The translations under genes and the position numbers were made by a program. This document shows positions 26,681 to 40,497 of a stretch of 64,000 nucleotides of DNA, piece by piece (the stretch's first letter is position 1; each line of letters starts with the position of its first letter). The stretch comes from Eledone cirrhosa. Its lineage: Eukaryota. The DNA is taken from the NCBI GenBank assembly GCA_964016885.1, contig OZ024744.1, positions 37,200,001-37,264,000 on the forward strand, given 5' to 3'. Below the pieces are notes generated by a model that did not search any database, was not told the origin of the DNA, and worked only from the letters and a program-made list of their open reading frames with translations.

Positions 26681-26845
26681 GATTAATGTTTTCCTCGATT
26701 GTGGCAGTTACAGGATGTCCAGACTTGGGTCATCTCCAAGACTCTCCCTCCTCGCCTAAATTCAGCTGCCCACTTTGGCACTGTTGATAAAGCTGGAGCA
26801 TCATCTCCTAATGTAGCAATCATGGCAGCATGAATGTCCTTACGT
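26680..26845 (-). pseudogene. mariner transposase N-terminal HTH fragment
   Basis: KDIHAAMIATLGDDAPALSTVPKWAAEFRRG, followed after a frameshift by SLGDDP-like residues. Confidence 0.75.
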
Positions 26846-26964
26846 GATGCGTTATGTATGTATAGATATTTGAATGTAAACATATTGGTTGTATTACATA
26901 ATATGAATGGAGATTGTAATACATAATATGAATGGAGTATTGTTACTAAGAAAATAACGAGCAA

Positions 26965-27330
26965 CAATATATTAGGCAGAGTAAAATAGCATGTAATTGC
27001 CTCCTTCGGTCACGAATGACCATGGGATCTGCACCTAGAAAGTTACCTCACGAGGCACAAGTCCGGGTAATGTTGTTTGTGGAAGACCATCAGTCACCTA
27101 TAGATACCAGTCACCCTTGTCCCCTCCACCGATGTTGTCCAAGGAAATGTCAATGGCCGCTACAGTTTAGCACCAGTGACGTCGCAACTCATTTCTACAG
27201 CTGAGTAAACTGGTGCAACGTAAAATAAAGTGTATTGTTCAAGAAGACAACGCAAAATCCCGGTTCGAGAATCGAACTCACAACCTCATGGTTGTAAGTC
27301 CGATGCTTTAACCACTAAGCTATGCGCGAG
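26965..27330 (-). mobile_element. tRNA-derived SINE (second family)
   Basis: Reverse complement starts gcgcatagcttagtggttaaagcatcggacttacaaccatgaggttgtgagttcgattctc, giving A and B boxes without a tRNA acceptor stem, followed by a ~300-bp body. Confidence 0.8.
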
Positions 27331-27687
27331 GTTAAATATTTAATATTATTTAATTTAACAACTTTTGCATTTCAAGCTTAATGTCGGATGACAACCTTCA
27401 GATCTGGCCTTGCAACCATAATTCTTACAACTCCATTTGCAATATTGCAGGTTCCTAAAGCTATCTATATTATTATCTCACAACGCTTCAAGCAAAGTAT
27501 AACATTCTCTTATAATTGATAAGAAAACACAAGGTCATATAACAACCGCTTTATGCTAACGTCGACGAGGAAGAAATGCTATTTAGATATTGTCTACCAA
27601 CATATTTATCTTACACAGTTGTGATTATCAAAATGTATCTATCTTTGGACAATTGATACATCAGAATCTATCCCTCCACCTCACCTG

Positions 27688-27739
<52 letters not shown>

Positions 27740-27808
27740 ATATATATATAAATTGAAACAAAATGAAAACGAAATTTCATTTCTCACTCTTAGTATGGCA
27801 CTTACTTA

Positions 27809-28572
<764 letters not shown>

Positions 28573-28824
28573 TATATACATCTTCCAACGGTTTTCAACC
28601 TCTCTATGTAAAACAATATATCTCCTCTCAGTTATAAAAACTATCTCTTTCTCTCTATCACCCATCTCTCCCTCTCATCTCCTCCCCTTTTTCATCCTTT
28701 CCACCCCCCCCTCTCTAAATAAAATATTTTTCCCAATATCACATCAGTCTAAAACCACTTTTCATATGTTGATTTAAAACTGCACTATCCACAAGTGTTT
28801 TTTAGCCTTCGTATCATGTTCTCC

Positions 28825-28895
28825 TGTTTTATCTGATGAAAACACAAATATTATTGCATGATGATGTTTGTTTTTGAAATGCGCATAATAAAATA
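28825..28895 (+). ncRNA. Type I hammerhead ribozyme with long AU-rich stem II
   Basis: tgttttat CTGATGA aaacacaaatattatt-gcat-gatgatgtttgttttt GAAA tgcgca TA ataaaata. 16-position stem II with one mismatch and G-U pairs, palindromic ATGCGCAT stem III, AUA site. Confidence 0.85.
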
Positions 28896-29148
28896 CATGG
28901 AACTCCTTTAACCATCTTTTGATCTTATATTATGTATACTCCAGTCCTACAAACTGTAGAGTGCTTCTTATCCGATATCTGCATTGCTTTATTGTACTAC
29001 AATAAAACTCACCTCCTACATATATATATATATATGCATGTATATATATATATATATATATACAGAGAGAGAGAGGGAGAGACAGAGATATATACCTAAC
29101 TCTTCATCCATCTACCTAACTGACTGTCTGTACCTCTCTCTCTATCCG

Positions 29149-29271
<123 letters not shown>

Positions 29272-29559
29272 GTGTGTGTGTGCGCGCGCGCGCGCGCCTA
29301 ACTATCTGTCTTCTTACCATTCTATCTATATCTATCTATCTCTGGAATAGACACATGTGCTGAGGTCGCTCGGTAAGTTTCGTTTAAATTTATCTGGAAA
29401 TTGTGAACTGTAAACTTTCATTTTTGTACCATTTTGTAGAGAGACTGCCAGGTCAAACTTTGATCTGGTCAGTCTCTCAAAATATTCTACGCCTTTAGGC
29501 GAAAGTGTTGTAAAAATTTAATCTTTCGAAAAATTTCGAAAAATCCTATTTTGATAAAA

Positions 29560-31355
29560 ATGGCTGAAGCATCTTCACCAAAATTCGATGGAGGAAAGGG
29601 GAAGATAAGCTTACAGCTTCCCCCTGCCACTGTCACAGTAGCAGAGGTCAAAAAGAAAGGTCAGCCAGAGGAAGGATTTTGTCCACCTGTTGACCGACAA
29701 CTTGACGTTGGCATGGCAACAAACCAAAGAACCAGCGGCAACAGCAACAACAACAACAAGGCGACGGACGAAAACAACACCAATAACAATAACAACACCA
29801 ACAAGACCAATAACTGTGATAACAACAACAATGATAACAACAACACCACCAACTACAACAGCAACACAAAAAAAAAAAAATTCTCCTTCGCCGAGACGGC
29901 AAGGAAAACCCTCAACTATCTGCCAGTAGATATAACCAAAGCGAAGGAGCTACTGGCAGATGTCAAAAAATATATAGTGTACGGGGAAAATGGCTCATTC
30001 ACGATCCATTCCCCCCCTCCCCCCGGAACTAAAAAGCCAGAGACTCCTAAACACTGTCATGTTTAGGACAATCTCGAATAAAAGCAAAAAAACCAGCTCA
30101 ACCATCACAGAGTGAGATAGAGCTGGTTTTAAAAGACGTCATGAAGGACATCACCTTCATTCAGAAGGATAGACTCTACGGGAGTCTATCCATTCTCATG
30201 AAGGACAGGGACACAGCAGTGAAACTGTCCATCAAACCAATCACATCCACCGCATACACCTTCTACACTACGTACATGGGTAGAAGAACACAAAAAATAA
30301 AAATCCACACCATCCTGCCGATTATGGACATATGGTGGGTTTTGACAGGTTTCCTGGACCTAGATGATGACACGCTGGTGTCCATGGGAAAGGCATCGGG
30401 TGACGCGTTCAGTGGAACGAGCCTCGAACTTGTAGTTCAAATGAGGCCCGAAAGGATCGCCCAGATCCCTGAACGCGTCATACTGGATGATCAAACTTTC
30501 ATCAACATTACCGTTGAGAGTAGGCGGCCCTCGTGTTACCTCTGCGGAAACAGAGGTCACCTGAGGGCTGTCTGTCCCCAACTTAATAAGAAAACCCCAA
30601 TCCTGCCTACACCACCAACAACTGCACAACCAACACAATCACCACAACTACCACTACAAAAACAGCCACCACAGCTCAAAGCAAATCAAAATAATGTCCA
30701 ACCCATCCCCCCCACTCAAAAAAAAAAAAACAATTTCCAAAACACCCACTCCGCAAACACAACCCGAAAATATACCCTTCCCCTCCAACGCGGAAGATGA
30801 CCCTAGTTCGTCGTCAGACGAGGAGGAGCACTTCCACACAATCAAAAGAAAAAAAAGAAAACACACCTCAGACACACAAATGAAAACAACCCCTCCCCAA
30901 AACATAACACTGACACCAACACAAAAGAGCTCAGAACAACAGCAAACAAAAAACACCACACAAAAACAAAAACATGCATACACATACATAAACACAAGAA
31001 ACAAAAAACTGTTAAACATTGTGTACAACAACAATCTAATAAAAACCCAAGGGCCTAACTTCACCCAGGCAGGGGATTTCCCCACCTCAAAATGATTAAG
31101 GCCCCACAGGACACCTATAAAACTTTAAAAAACAACTTTAAAGAGGACGTTAGTCCCCCCTGCGTCAGGCCCATTAACCGCGTCCTCCTAAAAAACTACC
31201 CCACCCACTCCCCAAACACCCACACAACTCCAAACTCCCCAACCACACAACACACTGATGCCCCTACACCTCCACAAACCACCACCCCACCCAACAACCC
31301 ATCCCCCACCCTAATGGAAATTGTGCAGCCCGATACCCGGGACGCAGAGAGGTAA
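29560..31355 (+). pseudogene. Tx1-type ORF1 (gag-like, zinc knuckle), frameshifted
   Basis: Pieces 29551-30066, 30141-30800, 30694-31095 and 31092-31355. Motif RRPSCYLCGNRGHLRAVC. Several breaks fall at homopolymer runs. Confidence 0.85.
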
Positions 31356-31379
31356 GTGCCTTTTCTCTTCACCACCAAC

Positions 31380-34300
31380 ATGGCCATGCTAAGGTAGGCT
31401 GTTTAAATGCGCGTGGCCTGGGCTCAACTTGGAAGCAAGCAATGCTTCTAAATGACCTCAGGTCACAACGTATAGATGGGATGGTTATTTGCGAGGCCTG
31501 GATCAGCAACGTGCGACAGCTGGCCTCCACCTTCGATGACTTTGAGATGCACGCATCTCTCTGTCAGCCGGAGGTGGGGGTGGAGTTGTCGTTCTGCTGC
31601 AAAAACATCTGGGTCTCGCAACACAGATGGTACATTTGGACCCGGAGGGTCGACTAGTAGTTCTGGACCTTGGCAGTGGTAAAGGCGGAGCGTTTAGGTT
31701 GGTAGCCGCCTACGGCCCTTTCGGGTCAATGCGGCCGGACTTCTTCCATCGTCTGGAGACTTTTCTAGGGACGTCCCGCTCCTTGCTATTAGTGGGGGAC
31801 TGGAATGGTATCCTAGATGCACGCTGGGACTACGTAGGGGCCTGTCCCGATAGAGAGGGGTGTAATAGCCTCAAAGGGGTAATCGGTCGATTTGACCTGG
31901 CCGATAGATATCGACTAGATTTTCCGACTGCGCCAACCTGGACTTGGGCAAATCGTAGCGGATCATCTAGGTCGTACCTAGATAGGTTCTTAGTTAGAAT
32001 TAAGGATAAGGACTGTTTAAGTTGTCCAAAAATGCGCAAGTTTGGCTATTCAGACCACAAGTTAGTGACCTGCATGGTCAACCTTGACAGAACCCATAGA
32101 CAGGGAAGCTCAACTTGTCCTTACCGGCAAGTAAGGCTTACAGGGACCGGATTAGCACTTTAGTTAAGGAGCGGTTGACGGGCGCCATCGTCAACAGCAG
32201 GTGGTGGGGATCTCTCAAAAGAGAGATTAGAGTAGTCTCTATAGAATTTAATAAGGAGTTAGCCTCAAATAGAAATAGGAAGGAAAGGGAGTTGGTAGAT
32301 AGTGTAGAAGAGGCAATTAGAAGCGGCGACGTGGCCAGAGTGCTAGCGTCGAGAACGGCCCTGGGCCAGTTCTTCGACGCGAAACACGAAGGCTGCATCG
32401 TCCGAAGCAAAATACGTGCTCTGGGAAACGAGGGGACCAAAGCTGTTAGCTGGGCCCGCGTGACAGAAGCCAAAATAGGGAGCAGATCCACTATCCGGTC
32501 TTTGCGAGACCAGGATGGACGGGTGATCCTTGAACCTAAGCAGATGTGCGAGGCTTTTCAAAAGCACTTTGCCGGATTGTTCGGAAGGGGTGGGGAGCCG
32601 GTTGGCGATGTGGACTTCGGTCCATACCTCGACGGCCTGCACCGTCTCTCGGACAGGGAGGCGAAGTCCTGCGAGGAGCCGATTTCAGCTGATGAGATAG
32701 AGGACGTGCTGAGCCAATGCGGCAAACGCAAATCCCCGGGTCTCGATGGTCTTCCATACGAACTATATCTAGCTATGCCGGACTTGTTCCCCGATCTCCT
32801 CGAGGCGGCCTACTGCAACTGGCAACAGAACGGGAGAATTCCCTGTGCTGTGACCAAGGGCGTAGTCACGCTAGTGAGGAAGGACGAGAACAAGGGGGAC
32901 GATATAAATAATTTCAGGCCCATAACTCTGCTAAATACAGAGTTACAGATTTTGACCAAGGTGCTAGCAAAGAGGTTGGCGCTTGTCGTGGGTAACTTGG
33001 TGGGAGATGCGCAGACATGTGCTAGCCCGTCCAGGTCCATCCACGACAACCTCCACCTCATGCGATACATCATAGAGAGGGTTGGGAACGAACCCGGCTT
33101 TGGTGGGGCCCTGACCAACTTGGATCAATCTAAGGCATTCGATAGGGTCGACCATGGTTACCTGGATGCGGTGCTAGCGGCGGCAGGCTTCGGACCCGTT
33201 TTCAGGGCCTGGATCAATGCCATGCATAGCAGCCGCATCTGCTCTAGGGTCAAGGTGAACGGCTACCTCTCGGAGCCGTTCGAAATCGCCCGTCCATCCG
33301 ACAGGGGTGCCCTCTCTCCTCCCTTCTGTATGTAATGACTCTAGAGCCACTGCTGCGGAAGTTGGAGTTGTTGCAGGGCATCCCGTTGGAACCGGGATTG
33401 CGGAAAGCGGTGTCATCCTACGCCGATGACGTAACAGTAATGGTGTCTACGGTCTCGGAAATCAGGGCGATCGGCACCTTACTGGAGGAGTACGAAAGGT
33501 TTACAGGGGCTAAGCTGAACCGGGACAAGTCGATCGTTCTGCAACTCGGCACGTGGAGGGGCAGATCGATGCCCTCCGATGACGTCGTTGGGCGCTGGAC
33601 GGAGGGCCCGGTGAAGTTGCTCGGGGTCTGGTTCGGACCAGACCTCCAGGTGGAGAAGAACTGGGGTGAGGTAACGAACAGGGTGTTTGCACTGACCCAG
33701 AAGTGGGCCGAGTGCAAACTGTCCCTGAAAGGTCGGGCCGAGGTGGCGAACGCATATATAGCGTCCGTGATCTACTACCGCCTGACCGTTGTGCCTTGCC
33801 CAAGGGAAACGCTCGCCAAAATGGAGCGCGCACTCTTCCAATTCCTTTGGAAGAAGCGGGCTCCTATGGTGAGGAGATCCATCTGCTGTCAACACCCTTC
33901 GAAAGGAGGGCTGGGAATGCCGTGGCTAATGATACGTAAACACGCATTAAGGCTACGGCACCTCCAGGTATTCCTCTCCGGTCAACCGGTGTGGGCCCCG
34001 TTTGTGAGGCGAGCATTTCCCAGACTCGTCTCACTCACCGAGCTGCAATCCTGGGTCAAGCAAAGACCGAGAAAACTGGGCGCCTGGCACACCGAGTGTG
34101 CCCAGGCGCTCACGACCCTTTGGCAGGCGGACCCGACTGTCAGTGGAGAATCCACCTCGTCATTCTATAGAGGGATGGTGGTTAGCAGGTGCGACGACGC
34201 CCTCGGAGAAGCCCTAGGCATGGAGGAAGACGAACTGGACAACATGTTCGGTAGGACATTCAATCCGGGACCGATGGATAACTTCCAGAGGTCCCTGGCC

Positions 34301-34801
34301 TGGCAGTGCTACAGAAGGGCTCTGCCCGTTCGAGAAAGGCTCTACAGACACGGGCGCCCGGGTAGGGACTCCTCGAAAAAGATCTGTCCCAGATGCGTGT
34401 GCGACGAGGAAACCGTTGCACACGCATTGGTATACTGCTCGGGCATTGCTGATCTGTGGGGCTATGTCGAACAACTGCTGTCAAGGGTGGGACCGATCCA
34501 GTTGACCACCGAGTCTATTGTAACGATCAAGCCGCCTCCCCTCTTCAAAAACGAAGGAGAGTCGGTGTTTCTGTGCGTAATAGCCATGGCGAAAGAGGTT
34601 GTATGGTGGACGCGTCTGAAAGGACTGAGGTCAGACACCTTTCTCTCTGGCCAACAACTGGTCCGTTTCTTCCGATATTATTTCGGAAGAAGGATTAGGA
34701 TGGAGAGAGAGGTGCTGCACCCCAGCCGTTTCTATGAAAGATGGGTGAAAGTGGCGAGAATGGCCCGTGTGAATGGGCCTTCACTCTACATCAGACTATA
34801 G
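31380..34801 (+). pseudogene. Tx1-type ORF2 (APE endonuclease, RT, C-terminal Zn finger), several frameshifts and stops
   Basis: VGDWN, SYLDRF, SDH, SPGLDG, FRPITLLN, DQSKAFD, YADD, CPRC..ETVAHALVYC. Confidence 0.92.
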
Positions 34802-35149
34802 GCGAGGAAGATGAAAGACCAAGGGAGCACCCCTTCTCTGTGCTCCTGAGGAAAAGTGTTGCACACTCTTTACGGGGGTGTGTGCGACCCCCCAAGGCGC
34901 CTCCTCTCTATTGAGAATTTTGTTACATATTTTATTCTGTTATATTTTATTTTATTTTTACATTTTGTTATTGCCTCCTCTTTATTGAGGACGCCTTGTT
35001 TTGTAAACTCCTCCCTTTGTACTTGTCCCACTTTTGATGCCCTGGTGGCAAATAAAAGAAACATATCTATCTGTCTAACAGTCCACGTGTAGTTATCTAT
35101 TTGTGAATATTTACCAATGTATCTATATTTGAACAAAAATCACATTTGG

Positions 35150-36270
35150 ATGAATTTAGTAAAAGACATTTAAGTAATGAAGGAAGCTCTTTATTTGAGA
35201 ACTCATTGGCATGTATAACCTAAAACTCTTTTTGACGCATCTTCAATGAATCTGTCGTTGGCATTAATGACTGCTTCAATATTAGGTTTAAAATTCTGAC
35301 ATGCCCGAATGAGATGAAGTTTTTCCATTTCGGACATTGTGCTAATCATTGCTGATCAGATATTTTATGATATGGAGGCGTTGATTGGCTCCCCTCTCGA
35401 TTATTACGCATACGTAGTATTCCAACGGATTCAGGTCTGGAGAGCTAGGATATCACACGTTTAGTATGATTCGAACGTGGAAATTGTAACTCATCTATAC
35501 GTGGGTTGTCTTGGCGGTATTGGAATACACAGAGTTGGTTGGCAGGTGTATATTCTTCTTTTACTCACACTATCTTTTCAAATTTTCACAACCCTCCCCA
35601 ACAGTTCCATATAGGCAGCACCATTGACTCTTAAACTCCGAGGTAAGAATTGAGAAGGTATAAAATCACACTCGTTGCTCACGAATCCCAAGACCATCAC
35701 AGTTGCCTGAAACTTAGAAAGTATGACCGTTGAAACATCTTTAGAGTATCTGTAGAACTATCCATCATTCCCTCGGTTGACCTTTTGGTTCTCAGGTCCT
35801 CAGCAAATATTTTCTCCTCGGAGAGAAGAAATCAAATCCTTCCAGGTTCTTGATGTTTGAAATTGCTCAACAAACACTTTGCACTGATATGATGGTTAGC
35901 TTTATTTCTTCGCAGACATCAATTCACCTCTTGGAATCACACATTACTTATAGCTAAGATCCCCATGCACAATTCTTCAGATAGTGTGCTTTGAAACTTT
36001 GAGTTGCTTAGCAATGGCGGTAACTGATTTTCTGGCAATAGCCAAACGTACGAAAGGCACAGAAAATCATCGATAAAAAATCGATCATTTTCTGTGCCTT
36101 TCGTATGTTTGGCTATTGCGGCTGTAGAATCCTCATCAGTGATTTCTAGCCCTTTGTGAGACTTAACAACAAACGACTGTTCAACTTTCAGGGAGCGAGC
36201 AATCTCCAAATCATCCTGCTCAGATTTTAAAGAAACGATTATAACGTGCTTATTCCTTTATTGAGTTAGC
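35150..36270 (-). pseudogene. Heavily decayed Tc1/mariner-superfamily transposase (maT/DD37D-like)
   Basis: Minus strand near 35650-35730 reads SKFQATVMVLGFVSNECD. A P.SPDLNP-like segment lies near 35420-35445. EIARSLKV HTH start at about 36200. Many stops. Confidence 0.55.
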
Positions 36271-36354
36271 TTGATGTCTATCTGCAAAGAAACAACTAGA
36301 ACAAGTTAAGAAAAAATGTCAAAGCTATTAAAAGACTGAACAACCCGTTACTGA

Positions 36355-36425
<71 letters not shown>

Positions 36426-36510
36426 CCTTTATCTTTTCTACGGAAATACTTAACACACACACAAACACGCACACAAACACACACACACACACACACATAT
36501 ATATATGAGT

Positions 36511-36700
36511 GAAAAGAGTCAGGACCCCGGCGGCTGAGCTCCGGTCGTTTCGACTGCTAGTTCCGATCTAGTTGTCGAAACGGCCGGAGCTCAGCCGTCG
36601 GGGTCCTCAATCTTTTCCTATTACCCACTCTACAACCCCAAGTATCGAGTACTCTGGTGGGTTATTGTCTAGCTGGTTTGTACCACACCCTGTCTGGTGT
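36511..36700 (+). repeat. Long-hairpin element, copy 1
   Basis: aggaccccggcggctgagctccggtcgtttcgac pairs with gtcgaaacggccggagctcagccgtcggggtcct, followed by a tail shared with 38950-39030. Confidence 0.85.
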
Positions 36701-36927
36701 ACGGTAAAATTTCCGATATTTCTTTTCAATGGCTCATAATACCCCACGGACGCCGATTGAGTAAGGTAATCATTTAAACCAATAAATGGGGCCCTAACAC
36801 ATGCTATAGCTCTGGGCCAGGGCTGATCTGGAAGTGATAAAAACTGAAGGGTAACTCTATATTCCCCACAAATCCTGAAATCCCGAACTGGAGCCTTGTC
36901 ACTGGGTGCAGTTTAATGTCATACCCC

Positions 36928-37031
<104 letters not shown>

Positions 37032-37249
37032 GTATATAGTAATAATAAAAATTTGAAGACTAAAATCCAAAGAGAGCTCGATAAGGATAAATATATATCA
37101 GATATATAAGAACCGTAGAGCAAATATTTATTAAAATAACAGATTAAAGTTTAAGCAAAGAATCGCTGCTTTCACCCTTAACGGGATCTTCTGAAACTAA
37201 CAAAGTCAATCTGTAAACTCAGAACTGGATATTTCCAAAAACGTTGCAA

Positions 37250-37290
37250 CCGGAGGTTCGGCTGATGTACTCTCCAGCCTTCATCAGGGG
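37250..37290 (-). ncRNA. Degenerate hammerhead ribozyme downstream of the Penelope endonuclease fragment
   Basis: ccc CTGATGA a-ggctg-gagagtacat-cagcc GAAc ctcc. Core and stem II are intact; GAAA and stem III are damaged. Confidence 0.6.
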
Positions 37291-37424
37291 TCCTAGTGAT
37301 GTTATTATTAACGTTTGTTCAGGTCACTGTCTAGAATTGTACTCGGAATCTTGAGGTTAGTAGCCCGCTTTTTAAACACTTTTCTTTTTTTCCCTTGATT
37401 CTTTTTTTTTTCTCTTGCACTTTT

Positions 37425-37627
37425 AGGGCTTATAAACTGATATTTTTCTAACCTTCCTGAATACCAGTTCCCATATACTACTTATATCTGCACTAGGTCT
37501 GCTTAAGAAGTTATTGTGTCCTAGCATCAGTGGTGCCTCTTTTAATTTTCGTGTTTTCTAGTGGTGTTCTCTGTCTATTATTTTAAGTTCATCCCACAGG
37601 GGAAGGTGGTGTCCGTTTTTCCATACA

Positions 37628-37628
<1 letters not shown>
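37425..37628 (-). pseudogene. Penelope-like element GIY-YIG endonuclease C-terminus
   Basis: Manual translation VWKNGHHLPLWDELKIIDREHH*KTRKLKEAPLMLGHNNFLSRPSADISSIWELV matches the H..W...KII..E.....RKLKE...S.IW pattern of PLE endonucleases. Confidence 0.75.
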
Positions 37629-37689
<61 letters not shown>

Positions 37690-38377
37690 CCGACCACCAC
37701 CAACATTGGATTCTACACCCACCATCGGTCATAACATGAAAAATATCCACCATTTGTTCACACATCCGACGGAACTACCTCAGGAACTTACCCACATTTT
37801 TTTTTCGCACCACGCCACCCACATCCACACTACATATAAACATAAACACACACGTGCGTACCCCCACATATGCACACTCAACCTCCGGAATCCACACGCC
37901 ACCTCCCCCACCCCTGTCCCCTCTCCTTCCACACGCACGCACCGACTTACACCCCCACCCCACGCACGCACACACCGATTTACGCCCCTGCCCCACGCAC
38001 ACACCTTTTCCTGTACATGGAACCTTGTTCTTCCTCAAACTCTCACATACACACGCACTCACACTCACGTACACCTACACACATACACAAACACCACCTT
38101 CAGCCTTCCCCGCTTCGACCCCGCGCCTCCCTCTCCCAACTCCACCCGCCACCACCCTTACACGCCTCACACCCTTCCACCACTTGTTCATCTTATTGTT
38201 TATTCTTATGTTTATTTTTACATTTATTTTTGTTTATTTTTATTTTTATTTTTATTTTTATTTTTATTTTTATTTTTATTTTTATTTTTATTTTTATTTT
38301 TATTTTTATTTTTATTTTTATTTTTATTTTTATTTTTATTTTTATTTTTTTTATTTTTATTTTTATTTTTATTTTTA

Positions 38378-38408
<31 letters not shown>

Positions 38409-38579
38409 TTTATTTTTATTTTTATTTTTATTTTTATTTTTATTTTTATTTTTATTTTTATTTTTATTTTTATTTTTATTTTTATTTTTATTTTTATTTT
38501 TATTTTTATTTGTACTCCTTCCCCCTTTTTCTAAATGTATTTCCACACACTCTGAATTCTCTTCCTAACCTACTTATTC

Positions 38580-38650
38580 TTGTAGAAGGGCTTATGCCCG
38601 AAACGTCGTTCCCCACCCCCCATTCTCAAAAGCGTGAACCTAATAAACCT
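38580..38650 (+). ncRNA. Degenerate pLTR-type hammerhead followed by AATAAA
   Basis: ttgtaga-a-gggc-ttat-gccc-GAAAcgtcg. The core is mutated relative to CTGANGA and there is no clear stem I. Confidence 0.4.
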
Positions 38651-38836
38651 TTATTTGTCTGCCTCTCTATTTTGTTCCCTTATAAAGTTGCACTATATAT
38701 ATATTAGAAAGTGAGACTTTTTATACAAAATGAAAAATACCGAGGTGTCCTACACGAGAGAAGTATAAGGAAAAAAGATTAAATCGAAAATGCGACTGGA
38801 GTCATTTAAAAAAAATATATATATATTTATTTTGAT

Positions 38837-38935
<99 letters not shown>

Positions 38936-38949
38936 ATATATATAACGAA

Positions 38950-39135
38950 GGAAGTGTGGTAATGAAGCAGATGGACCATAACGCACCAAAGTACTCAAGA
39001 CTTAGGGTAGTAGAGTGGGTAATAGGAAACATTTTAACCCCAACGGCAGAGTTCAAGCCGTTTCGACGGCTAATTCTGGACTGAAATAGCCGTCGAAACG
39101 GTTTCAACTCTGCCCTCTGGGTTAAACTTTTTCCT
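38950..39135 (-). repeat. Long-hairpin element, copy 2 (diverged, inverted relative to copy 1)
   Basis: Stem ggcagagtt...ccgtttcgacggcta / tagccgtcgaaacgg...aactctgcc. Tail tttcctattacccactctac..gagtact is shared with copy 1. Confidence 0.8.
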
Positions 39136-39170
39136 ATATATAGAGAGAGAGAGGGAGAGGGAGAGAGAGA

Positions 39171-39253
<83 letters not shown>

Positions 39254-39518
39254 TGTGTGTGTGTGTGTCAGTCGGAGTGACACGAAGGAGAAGGTCAAGT
39301 TGTTGATGATTCACGGGTCTTAACAGAATGTAATGAGGAAATTAAATATATTTTTTACAATAAACCCGGTCATTTATATGTATATTATACTAGTATATAC
39401 ACTTATGTGTATGTGTGTGTATACATATATACATATATACATACATGTATGCATACATACATCATGCAGATATACATACATACATACATGCGTACATATG
39501 AATATATTTATATTTATG

Positions 39519-39783
<265 letters not shown>

Positions 39784-39939
39784 ATATATATCTGTATATA
39801 TTAGAAAGTGAGGTTTTTTTTAACAAAATGAAAAATAACCGAGGTGTCCTACACGAGTGAAAGTATAAAGAAAAAGAGATGAAATCGAAAATGCAACTGG
39901 AGGCTTATTTTTTTTTTAAATATATATATTTATTTGGTT

Positions 39940-39977
39940 CCTTTACCGGTTTCGCAGTTCTTCTGCTTTTCAAAAGG
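39940..39977 (-). ncRNA. Minimal hammerhead ribozyme, U3-A8 variant
   Basis: cctt TTGAAAA gcag-aagaa-ctgc GAAA ccgg TA aagg, then aataaa. All three stems pair, palindromic ACCGGT, GUA site. Confidence 0.8.
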
Positions 39978-40165
39978 TGAGTTGAGATGGAGGGTCTGTG
40001 GTTTTATATATATATATATTGTTATACTTTGGGAGGGTCATGTTGCCAATAAGAAACACACGCACCAGTTGCTTTCACTTCAATTTATTATATATTTATA
40101 AATTTACAAATTTATAAATTTCTGGTTGGTTGGTTGGTTCCACAACCAGATTGTTGTTTATATAT

Positions 40166-40210
40166 AGTCATAGTTCTTTCGTCACACACTCTGTGACCTC
40201 TTCAGTGACT
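40166..40210 (-). ncRNA. Minimal hammerhead ribozyme within nested inverted repeats (40019-40355)
   Basis: agtca CTGAAGA g gtcaca-gagtg-tgtgac GAAA gaac TA tgact. Stems I and II are perfect. Stem III is one change from a palindrome. Confidence 0.78.
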
Positions 40211-40412
40211 GGGGATTCCTTTCTTTGTTTCTGTGCCTCTCCCTTGTTCTGTCCTACGCCATTTTATGAAAATGGTGTAGGACAGAACAAGGGAGAGGCA
40301 CACAACTGGTGCGTGTGTTTCTTATTGGCAACATGACCCTCCCAAAGTATAACAATATCGGTTTCAACACACGATTTCAGATAAAGAATCTTGCTAAACA
40401 AATTCAGAAACG

Positions 40413-40497
<85 letters not shown>

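Larger units (their letters stand above)
29341..35063 (+). mobile_element. Full-length but disabled Tx1-type LINE inserted in (CTAT)n
   Basis: 5' UTR, ORF1 with CCHC knuckle, APE-RT ORF2, and a 3' end gccctggtggcaaataaaagaaacat. ctat repeats on both flanks. Confidence 0.9.

Noticed and set aside
27265-27330. tRNA gene
   Set aside because: A and B boxes are present but there is no acceptor stem, and it continues into a SINE body.
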